From Phoronis australis (Eukaryota; Animalia; Phoronida), in NCBI GenBank assembly GCA_002633005.1, contig NMRA01000341.1, positions 389,474-453,473 of the forward strand: a stretch of DNA of 64,000 nt. Reading direction: 5' to 3'. The notes under the pieces are model-generated. The model saw only the letters and a program-made list of their open reading frames with translations. It was not told the DNA's origin and did no database searches. The position numbers were made by a program, and so were the translations under genes. This document shows, piece after piece, positions 1-11,400 of this stretch (its first letter is position 1; each line of letters opens with the position of its first letter).

Positions 1-683
1 AAAATCTGAAAAGATCCACAGAGTAGGAGTCTGTTAGGCTCCATATCCTTGTGCCAGAAATCAGACTCGACTCAGGCTCGGAATGTGAATTTAAGGCGAT
101 AATATCTGAGACAATTTTATGTATTATTTACGATCATCACCAAAGCACATTCGAATCTACGACGACATTGGTCGCATTATTATACCTTACTTAGTTTAAA
201 AATTCCGTAATAATTTTGCGTTCCAACGAATACACTAAATTTTCGTTTAGACAATTTAAAACAAAATACAAAAATTTAATATAAATTTGACCCCAATTTA
301 TTCCTACGTCAAACGAGTAGTGAATGTTGATAGTTCGCCATTCCTCGAGGCCTTGCTAGGTAAATCAAATGTTCCTCCAGGTCAAGTCAATTACCTGCCT
401 GACGTCAGGCAATAACGGACCGCCAGTTCTTTCCAAGCCACGAAATCGCTTTCAATTTGATTGAAGAACAATGCCAGACCAATGTCATAAAGCACCTAGT
501 CTAAAACAAAACTAGCTTTGTGACGGAAGGTGGGTGTACAACTCTTTATTGGATGACCTGACACAGGTCAAGGGTAAAAAGGTCATCACACATTTACAAG
601 TTGACGGTTGCTTCCGAACATGCAAAAATCGCCTCCAGTTACATAGCGATCAGGATAAGGACAGATATTTCACCTCCAGGTAA

Positions 684-827
684 CATGGGCGGCGCACCAC
701 AGGGGGCTGGGGGGATATAGCCCCCACTTTTGTCAGGGCTGCACCGCCCATGGTCTGTGGGCGGTGCACCACAGGGGGATACTGGGGGGCTTTAGCCCCC
801 CACTTTTTCAGTGTCTCGCCGCCCATG
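684..827. mobile_element. Tandem pair of mini-MITEs (CATGGGCGG...CCGCCCATG)
   Basis: Two similar units of about 70 bp, each with short inverted ends and a G-run/C-run core. Confidence 0.55.
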
Positions 828-890
828 CGTATTGATGCTTTCGCCTGAGTACACGAATCAAAAGTTAACAGTGATAATTGGACTGCTCTC

Positions 891-1048
891 AGGCTATGGC
901 GGCACTTAATTGTCTTCGCCGGATCGGCCGCCGGGTAAACCAACTAAGGCACCCGATTGGTTATCAACGATGACTTTCGGCTTATAGACCAATCAGATAT
1001 CTAAGGCGGTTTACCCGGCTGAACCGGCGATGGCATTCACATGCAGCC
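891..1048. mobile_element. Foldback MITE, possibly PIF/Harbinger-like
   Basis: Imperfect inverted arms tcgccgg...ccgggtaaacc...gattgg and ccaatc...ggtttacccgg...ccggcga; AGGC...GCCT ends. Confidence 0.55.
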
Positions 1049-1503
1049 TATGTTTCGCGCTGTCATGCCTCTGGGCATGCGCATTATGAAGGTGAAAGTA
1101 CTATTGGGGATATCTTCTACATGCTATAGACATAACCTAGCCAAGTATGTCAAAGACATAATGAACACGATTTCTTTTGCCAAATTTGATTCACCTCCAC
1201 ATTACATTTTTACAAAATAACTTCGAAATGTCAGTGCTTACTTATATTTAGTTCCACATGGGGGCAATTGTGTTGCAGAAAATCTTGGCGCACAAAAAGT
1301 TGGAAAGTCCAGTCTGCATCGACTGCGTTAACGGAAGTCACAGATAACGATCATACCTATTTTAAGAAATGACAACCCAAATGTCAAGACTCGAGACCCA
1401 AGCCACGTTCATTTGTTGAATTTTAACAAGATAAAAGGCAGCCTGCCAATTAAAATAAGAGTTCACAAAACGTCGTATCTTCCAAGGAATAAATAGCTAA
1501 GTA

Positions 1504-2745
1504 CAGGGTGTCTCATAATTCCCTAAACGACTCAGTTTTAGCCGGAGAACGCCATTTACTGCTGGAAATACAAAAAATATCAAATTAATAAACAGTATCT
1601 GGTTTAAAATCTTGAAAGGTTCCATAGCCAACTTCGATCCGTCGGAGCATTGTATCTCAGAAATGGTTGATCAGACTCACATGAAGCTTGTAGATACTAT
1701 ACTTTATACCACAATATTAGCGTCAAATGGCAGATACAACCGTGTAATAACACATAAAGTTATCCCACAAGTGAGATAAAGATTTGGCGGGAAACTGAGG
1801 ACGGAGTCGAACCCGGGACCCTGGAATTTGGAGGTCGCCGACTTAACCACTACACCACGCAGCGACTGACGTCATCAAGAGTGAAAATAGAGTACTTAAA
1901 TGAGCACGCGCAATAAATTGAACGTTCAACAAACCACATTGTACTGTACTTATACGCTACGAAAAATAAGACACATAATTTCCATAAAAATGATATCTTA
2001 ATTCAGTGAAATTTTTCTCTCGTGTCCTCTTACTTGTAAATCACCGATCTCCAGTTTGAATGCGGGCATCGTGTCGTCAGGATCTTTGACTTGAGAATTA
2101 TATTCAGTTACCAGTGGTAACCTACTTTAGCAGACGATAATTTCCCGGTAGAAGCTTAGCGTGTAAAAAACGTGTTTTAAGCTATAATAGTTGCTTAACC
2201 TTAATTTAGAGATTCACTTCATTTCTATTTTGTTTAAATTTCCAATTGGTTTTGAGTATAAGCGTTATTTGACAAAAATATCTCGGCTTGCCCGTAATAA
2301 TCTATATTTATACACATTATCCAAAACGGTGTTAGGACGGTTATATGATATTATGAACAAAAATGCATGAAACGATAATTAAGAAAACTGTAACAGTATT
2401 TTTTGAGTTTTTATCTTGAATATTTATATCATACAAATTCGGTTATATTATTGACCCATTGTTTTGCTATAAATGTGTATTTCTTTTTTTGCTAAAATTC
2501 CTATAAGACATGTCACGTGACCTTATTAGGGGTAGATTGGTATAAAGTCAAAATCAAATTTTACAGAATTTTTGCTTTAAAAAAATATGTCCTTTTGCTG
2601 AGTTTTGTATGTATTTGGTTAAATGTACAGACTTGTAGAATTACGTCTTAAATAACTTCAATTCCTTTATGGACTTTTACTAGTTGGCAACATGTTCGCG
2701 CATTTGTAGTCATCTGAACCGTGCGTGCATTTTTGGGACATCCTG
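1504..2745. mobile_element. Non-autonomous Tc1/mariner-type element with nested repeat family A
   Basis: TA|CAGGGTGTCTCATAA ... TTTTGGGACATCCTG|TA; 12/15 TIR match with TA on both flanks. Confidence 0.5.
1700..2310 (+). repeat. Dispersed repeat family A copy 1, containing a tRNA-like segment on - (1785-1860)
   Basis: Collinear with 43440-44010; A-box TGGTGTAGTGG and B-box GGTTCGACTCC on - strand. Confidence 0.85.
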
Positions 2746-3744
2746 TATTAATGTACAAACTGGTAATATTCTGGTCAATCACGTATTACCACTACGGGGA
2801 ACGGACCCTAACAGTGAGTTACGTCATACGAAGGCATATCTGCCATCTCATGTTGATATAAAAAGACAGATAAGACTTCTGGCGAGGGTTCACGGGCAAA
2901 ATAAATTAGGCGGTGGAACAGACATGTGAAAAATGTATTATACTGCCGGAGAATGGATCCTGGAGTGTTCAACACAGGTTCAGTGTATGCCACTTAGCCG
3001 CTCCATTGGGGTAAACTTGTGGTCGACATGACTCAGAAGTTTTATTGATGGATGTATTTGTAGCCCCCAAGAACAGAGGATTGAAAATACCAAAGGAAAA
3101 AGAAAAGGGTATTCGTGTTCCCGTCCCTATCGAGAGAGACCCTCCTGCATGTTATCTGATCGCAAACTGAGCACGCGCTGAACGTTTTGATGGAGCCACC
3201 TAGTTGGCTGCACTGACATTAAGCATGTGCGCAGTATCAGTGCATTGACTGTTTTTTACAATTTCTCAAGAGTTGAGTATGTTCAAAATGTTACCCTTTA
3301 ATCATACTTTAACAACGTTACCAAGCATATCTCTCTGTATTCTGCCTTGAAGAATATACCGTATGTACTTCGCATGACGAAGCTCATTTTTGAGAACGTG
3401 AAAATAGGGTCGTTGTACTTTTAATTAGTTTTACCCAATTATTTATTATTTATTGAGTTTTGTGCAGATTCTATTCGTATTAATTTTAAACCAGTTCCTT
3501 TAAGTTCCTTCTTTATGCAGGCTATATGTGGTGTAAAGTCATTTCCAGTTTTGTTTTAAGACAATCGAATCATGATTATGTTTGTTTTCCACAAGAATAT
3601 TCCACTTCACCGCTGTAACACCTTCAGTCTACCATTTTATTACAAAACCAAACGATGTACACCATACATTCAGTATCAACGTCACAATTCGCTGTCCAAC
3701 GCCCTGGTGATCTCGATCGCGGTTTGCACCAAAATGTTCTGGAC

Positions 3745-4100
3745 CCGGATCGAGTTTAATTTTTACTCGATATCGAACCGAAACCCGAAATTATTTTTGA
3801 CATTTTCGATGCTGCAATTACTGGAGTATACATGTATAGTAGTTTGCGTGAGCAACTGTATAATCATAATTTTCACTTGATGACCGCGGTATTAAAGCTA
3901 AAGTTTTGAGTCTAAGACGAAATTTCGTGTTTTTACTCGCGTTTGTAGCTCGAATCAAAGGGTCATCAAGTGTAAATTTGGACTATGAAATCATATGCAA
4001 AAACCATAATGTACAGAATAATAGATACTTACATGTATCTCGAGTTTGCTCGAAATAAATTAGAATTCGATTTCGAGTAGAAAGATTAGACTCAGGCTCC
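3745..4100. mobile_element. Degenerate foldback/MITE
   Basis: Inverted blocks cacttgatgacc/ggtcatcaagtg and gagtttaatttttactcga/tcgagtagaaagattagactc. Confidence 0.5.
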
Positions 4101-4149
4101 TGGTGGTCTAAGTTAAGATTTCCCAATCATTGTGTTTCAAATCTTGAAA

Positions 4150-4529
4150 GGTGCCGCCCTTTGTTACCGAACTAACTGAGTATTTTTCAAAGTTACACCG
4201 TGGCATTATTCCAATGTTTCATGTCTTTTTCTCGTCATGTTAGAATTTTGCATAATGGGGTCTTAATTTGCATAAATTATGGAAATTGACAATGTATTGA
4301 CCAACATACTTGCTTCATTAAATTCACAGACCAGGAAACATGGGTAAAATGTCAAAATTATCGGCTTACAGTGCTTGGTGAGGAAATTGTAGGCAAAACT
4401 AGAATTTTGCATAATGGCGACCTCAATTTGCATATCTAAAAAATGCTCAAGGTTTGGGAACGGTCACCTACCTGATTTCTGATTACCAAGCCCTAGGCTA
4501 CATGAAAAACAGCATTTGGCTCCGGACTA
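4150..4529. mobile_element. Probable Academ-type terminal fragment
   Basis: Ends TTTGGCTCCGGACTA (TAGTCC-type terminus); repeated tagaattttgcataatgg/aatttgcata subterminal motifs; opposite end not seen. Confidence 0.35.
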
Positions 4530-5393
4530 TGTACACAGTGGCGTATTAAGACTTCAGGGGTAACTATTATATAAGAAGCTAGGTAGTGTCGTTGACTTTA
4601 GCTCCGCCCGGGTCGTCAGATTTTTAGCAGGCAAAGCGGTCGTCAAAATTATTGCTCCTCTTCCAGGTAGCCACAAAATTCCACATACTTCCCAGTTGAC
4701 AGACTTTTCGAGGTCGCCACACTGCCCCAGTTCTACAACGATAGCTTTCCTGAATACTTTTAGTTGATCCCTAAGATGTAGTTTTCATGTATAGTTAGCT
4801 TAATGGACTCGGCCAAAGGCTGGTTTTGGTCGGTACCTCGACTAATTTTGAGACCTGCGCAATGCAAAGAGAAAAAGACGCCATCTTGTCAGTTTCAGCC
4901 CAGGTATTAAGTTTTCGTTGAATTCTTATTTCCACAATAGTCCGTGAGTGAGGGTAAGCAAGTTTTGAAACGGTATGATTCGCCAAATGATGAACAAAAA
5001 ACCTGCTTCGATTTTGCTTGTCTAAGATGGATTTTATTTTTTGAAAAAGCGAGTGGATTTAAGAAAAAAACATGAACCGGATCTAACGATATTTTTGGCC
5101 TAACCCAGAACTCTTAATGCTAAGGTTGTTTAGATGGCTTTAAAGATGAATTCTCATAGTTAAATGATGTCTTCATAAAACGTTAAACACTTCTTTTAAG
5201 CACTGTTTTAAATAAGTAGTTTACCACTTTTATAAGATCTGTCGCATACAAACCTAAAAATTCAAGGTTATCAAGCCTCGTGGAACCGGTAGGTTGAGAT
5301 GTCTCCGTGCATTAACAACCCATGCACGCACAAACATCCTACAAGTCTCCCTGCTACGTAATTTTTATTCGCTTTAATATCGTACAATTTCAG

Positions 5394-5437
5394 CAAGAAG
5401 TTACAATCTTAGTGAAGCAGAGAAGATGTTCAGGGAG
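5394..5437 (+). CDS. SEC14/RALBP-like exon (44 nt), (A)[14 protein letters not shown]
   Basis: tttcag acceptor, GAG|gtaag donor; CRAL-TRIO N-terminal helix motif. Confidence 0.9.
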
Positions 5438-8400
5438 GTAAGAGCTTACTAACCACTCATTAGTTATGACTGGAGCAGGTGCAATTAGTCGAAACACCTG
5501 CGCACCAGGTAAATCTAAAAACACCTTTCACCAATCGATTTTTGACAACACGTGATAAGCTAGTGTCTGCCGGTGGCAAACAGCATGTTGACGCGTTTAA
5601 GATATTTCCTCTCCTGTTATACACGGAGGTACGGAGCTCCTAAAGGGACATGATGCGAAAAAGTAAATTTCACAATTTTTACGTTCCCTCACAAAATTGC
5701 ACATCTTATTCCTTACCTAACTGGTAAAGCATGCTTTACACCTGATCTCTTTGTCCGTATATAATTATTGAAATTTTACCCATGGTGTCTTTCAGAGTAT
5801 GGCGTACAGGGAAAAAATGGGATGCGATACTCTACTGCAGGACTACTCGCCACCGGAGGTGATTGAGAAGTATTTGACTGGGGGCTTCTGTTGCCATGAC
5901 AAAGAAGGAAACCAGATAAGGGTTGAGCTGTTTGGAAAATTGGACATCAAAGGGTTGATGTATTCAGCCAAGAAGACGGACTTGGAGAAATCCAAACTGC
6001 ATCAGTGTGAACAGACGGTTCAATATTGGAAGGAAGCGTCGAAGAAGGTGTGATATCTCATAAAAGACTTAAATGAGTACTTGTGCGGTAAACAGTTGCG
6101 AGTTTTCTGTTTGACTTGATGTCGTGCTATAAACAAACACGACTCAGTGATATCGGACGACTCGCTTTTTAAGAATTTTATTAAAGTTTATTGATTTTAC
6201 ACGTACTCCAATACATTTACATATAATTACATTGTTTTTAGTATTCTTGGTTTTAAACCCGTGTCAATCAAAGTGATGTGTGACCCATGGAAGGACCTTT
6301 TTTCACAACACTCTTTTTGAGCCCCTTCGTTTCATTCGTTTCATTTGAGGACACATGCTTCACATCCAGGGTTTGTACTTCCTGTTTAAAGAGGTACACG
6401 CTTCCTATACAAAGTCCTTCTTTTCCATTTTATGATCAATCCTGTTCATGTGATTTTTTTTCTGGTCGCTTACTTCAGTTTGGCAGACGCGTTGATGGCC
6501 TTACCGTCATATTTGACATGGAGGGAGTCGGCTCTCACCACCTTTGGAAACCAGGTAAAGCCAGAGCCAACAAATTTGTACTTTATTCTCACACTATTTT
6601 TAAAGTTTTATCGCGTTGAATCAGTCGAGTGCAATATGGCCATGCAATATTGTTTTCTGTATTTACCTCCCGCACTACTTCAAGAATGCCCTCTGACATG
6701 GAAAGTTCAAAAGGTAGGTCAATGTCGATTCGACGTTCTTAGCTGGTTCAATCATCAAACTTTCCGAATATAATTTAAAGTAATACAGTTGCAGCAGTGT
6801 AAATAACACTCGACATCCAATCAAGCCCTAAACGTAACAACTGGCACAAAACTGTTAATTAGTATGACACTTCAGTCTCATTTTTCAATTGCTAAATATT
6901 ATATCGTCTGCAACTCAGGTGCCTATTCCTCAGTAACTACAATATCAAATATTGTTGTTATCTAACTATTTTCAGGAAATGTTACACGTTCAACGTTCAA
7001 TTATCATTGTTTTCATCTTTGTTATCTTTTTTCAAGTAAGAAACCGGTACATTTAAAACTGTTTCTTTTACTAGAGAAAACTTGTAACCTAATACGCAAG
7101 CATATACATATAGTGAACAGTCTGGGTGAAGTATTTAAATATCTGCCGAAAAAATGAAACAAACTTAGGAATTCGGTCTCGGTCGATACGCGGAATAATA
7201 TCTCGTGGGATATTTCTTCATCTACGCCACTCTCGGTACGTTTTGTGTATATATTCATTGTGCATTGGCTCAGTGGATCAAAACGACCAATTTTAAAGCT
7301 GAAGTAGTAATGAAGTTGTCTATTGAACCAACGATAACTCCTATGAGCTCCATTCTGACCTCAGTACAACCGAAGAAAACAGAAAGTGTCATCTTGTCAT
7401 ATTTTTGTGATCGTGTCAAACCTTTACCAAAACATTTGACACACGCCATTGTGTCAAATGAGATTTCACAAGGAAAGGTAGATAACCGTATCGCCTATAT
7501 AGTGCACTATGTACATTTCACTAAACATATACGTTGACAAGTTTGCCGTTTTCGAATCCAAATATTTCTTGTAAATGTTAGATATGGGCATAATTTTTGT
7601 TTATCGAGAATGACAGGAATACGAAAGAAAATTGTCATGACACGGAAAGGTTAAATTTTAGGCAAAAATCAAAAAGAAAGATGTACTGCTATAGCTTTTA
7701 CAATCGTTTTCAATTCATTTCGTAATGTATTTCTGCTTTTTTCGACTCCGCTGTAAACCTGCTTAGAGTTGAAAGACTTGCGGTTTTGAATTCTTACTTT
7801 TCACTGGAAACGGTCGAAGGTTTTTTTGAAATTGACTGTTATTTGTTGTTCACGCAGTCACTTATATCAAACGTTTGCGTAACATGTCACAGCGGTTAAC
7901 CATTTCCTCTTGTTGACAGGTTTGGACATGTATCTACATCTAATCAAAGTACTTGAAGATAATTACCCAGAAATGGTCAAGAGATTGTTTGTCATACACG
8001 GTAGGTAATAACAATTATGAACAGAACTAAAAAAACGTCACGTTGTCATTAACGTCACAGTCACTCACGAGCATTTTATGACTGGTTCTGCTCACCACCA
8101 ACCACCACTTAGCACTCATTAATCACTGCCATAAGCCACCTGAGTACGTCCGTTCACAAAAAGTAAAAACCAGCGAGGTATTCCAACACGTATAATATGA
8201 GTCTTCAAATACCTCGTTAGCAGACACATGCAAGTATAATCCATGGTCCAGATGAACTAAGCTTCAGAGACACCTTGTAGTGAAGGTCTAATACTGTAGT
8301 ATATGCAATTGAATTGAATTAGACAAAAACGTGGAGTAATTTCCTGACAGAAGTGTAAAAAGTCCCAAATGACACGATGCACTCCCAAAAAAAACATGGC

Positions 8401-11400
8401 TTATTTAATTGTTCATTGAATGTGGCAATGGATTTCGGTGGATTTGTATTCTATGACGATTGAAACAACAATGAACTCCGAGTGTGTGATAGTTGTAGGC
8501 TGTTCATGTTTCAAAATATACGCGCTCCTGCAATCTGAATCAAACAGGGGTGCAATGTCAGTGTACTTTACGCACCAGTACACTCCACGTTTCTGGTCAG
8601 TAATACCGGTATTTAAGTGCCCAAGTAACTTTGTCAAGCGCAGCTTTATCACGTCTTTTCTTTCAGCTCCTCGCATTTTCCCGCTGCTGTGGAAGATCTG
8701 TCGACCGCTGATTAGCGAGGATATGAAAGAGAAAATCTTTGTTTTGGGAAGTAAGACTGTCGAAATTGTTTGTTATCTGTTTCGGATTTGTGCAATGGAT
8801 TTGATTAGTAAAACGGGTTGAAGAAACCGTGGTCGTCATATGTTCGACACGAAAAACAGCCAATACGCGAAATAAAGATAGGAAGATTATACAGTTTTGA
8901 ATTCAGTTGCGCTCAAAACTGTAGGGTTCCGAAAATCAACGTGTGGACCTCAGTGAAAGTAAATTAAAGAGTAGTAGTTCTTACATTACAAAATGTGAAG
9001 TTAAGGAACTCGTTCCGTAACTTCAGGCAAGATATTCGAAAGTGAAGGATAGTACAATCACGAACTTCTTCTGCAACACGTGACGAAGTCTCTCTAAGTC
9101 TTGTTTGCGCCAAACTAATCTCGCAAGGCACTGTACATTTCTTACTAGGGTTTGCCTGGCAGTGTGCTCATCACTGGACTTGTTGCCGTACTGACGTTAG
9201 AAAACTATGATCAGAATGAAAAGTTGCGAGTCGTATCACATCAAAATCGCTACGCAAGACTACAGAAACTTAATTCTGATTCGATTTTTTTGTCCTTTCA
9301 CGTCCGCTGAAATAAAAATCGAGGTCCCGAAAACAAAGTGGCAAAAATTCACAGATTTAGCCTCAAACCACCACTTCTCTGCCAATGCTATACATAAGCC
9401 AATGGTATACATAAGCCAATGGTATACATAAGCCAGTGGTATACATAAGCCAGTGGTATACATAAGCCAGTGGTATACATAAGCCAGTGGTATACATAAG
9501 CCAATGCTATACATAAGCCAATGCTATACATAAGCCAATGCTATACATAAGCCAGTGGTATACATAAGCCAGTGGTATACATAAGCCAGTGGTATACATA
9601 AGCCAGTGGTATACATAAGCCAATGCTATACATAAGCCAATGCTATACATAAGCCAGTGGTATACATAAGCCAGTGCTATACATAAGCCAATGCTATACA
9701 TAAGCCAATGCTATACATAAGCCAATGCTATACATAAGCCAATGCTATACATAAGCCAATGCTATACATAAGCCAGTGGTATACATAAACCAGTGGTAGA
9801 TTCTGAAAGCAAAATACCTACATATTCCAAAAATGAGAGCCAAAACTGCTGCCATTCAGCCAAACGTTTGCAATTCTGGGTTGTTTGCGGACTACCTAAA
9901 ACCGTAGCAAATTTCTCGGTCTCTACGCAGAAACGCAACAGTGATATAAGGGGACGCTATCTTGGAAGAAAATGTATCTACGGCCGAAGAAGTGGACTTT
10001 TCTCATTGCCAACGCGTTCACAAGCAAACCAAATTTATTGAATCTAACAGCAATGCCTACTTCAAAAAAAAAAAATGCCGCCAAACCTAGCCTAACCTAA
10101 ATATTCAATGTCCAGACCGTGCAAACTGGCGGTGGCTACAGTCTAATTGGACAGCGCCATCTTACGAAGTGACTTTAGACTTAAGTCAGAAATTTTGGCT
10201 TAGGGTCTCACCTCACAGTACTGGATAAGTTTTTTCTCATGTATTAGCACATCTCAATTTAGAAATGAATTAAGAAAAGTAACTAAGCAACCAGCAATTG
10301 TGAGAACCTTAAACAGGTCAGCATTTTTGCTGATGGCAGGCAAAATTACTTTTCAGATATAGTCGTGACCCCTGAAATCTAAAACGTCCATATCAATTCT
10401 CTTCCGTTTGAATAATGTAATATCCTAATGAGAGAGCATTATTTGAGAATTTTTTTACTAAACTCCTTTTCATTAAAATTATGTCATAGAAAATAAAGCA
10501 ATGCGCGTTATTAGATATTGTTGGAAAACATCGAAAGCATCACTGAGAGAACGTGTTTAATCATTTGTGTTCCTTAGTGAACGATTCTCCTGCAACCAGG
10601 CCTGCTGGTTAACACAGCAGCCTTGTCTGTAACCACTAATTAATTGCCTCTTAAAGACGCAATGTCTCGTTAAATTGTGAATATGCAAATGAAGTACTAG
10701 TTTACAAACAACCCCGGGTCTTCCGGTGTGCCGGAAACCACACGAGAACCAGTTATCATAACAATCTTGCGAAATTCTCGTTTTGCGAGACTATTTTTAT
10801 GTAAACGAGTATGGTAATATGTCACCGTTACCCTAATGAAACAAGGCACAGTTATTATTTGTTCATTTCACCGTCAAATTACGATTGGGTACTATTTGGA
10901 ATTATTAGTGTTTTCTATAAATTCACACTTTTTCAAGTGTATTGGTTGCGTTGTTTTCTTTAAAACCGAAATTTATTTACAAATTGTTTCTTTTCCTGAT
11001 TATACTCCGGGGAGTCACGAGGTGGTGATGGCTACAAATTTAGATATTAAATATTTTACAGTTTTAATGAGACATAACGTCTTTAACTCTAAAACGAAAT
11101 GACACGACAGTTGTTTATGACATTTTCAACGAAAAAACAAATTGCCACAAAACGTGAGCGCAAAACAAGTCACCACTTAAAAAATAAATTGGCTGGAAAG
11201 TCGTCTGCATTTCTTGATGTGAGCTTGTGATATTATGAAACCGTTCCGTGCAGTTGCAGAATACAATCAGTCATATTGAGTAGCATTTTGCAAGTTTCGC
11301 CAAGATTTAAATAGTTGATCATGTTACCACTCTAAGATGCATCACTCAAATCGTGTTATCGTGCATAGCGGATTTTGCGATTTTATTTTAAAACCAACGG

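Noticed and set aside
1785-1860. Functional tRNA genes here, at 29150-29222 and at 43517-43591
   Set aside because: A and B boxes are present but acceptor and/or anticodon stems do not pair properly; treated as repeat-derived
7022-7258. Paralogous ORF pair with 18204-18620 suggesting a small gene family
   Set aside because: Similarity comes from repeat family B; the frames diverge and no domain is recognisable
9260-9701. ORFs with repeated [17 protein letters not shown]
   Set aside because: Translation artefact of the 17-bp minisatellite (three units give 17 codons)
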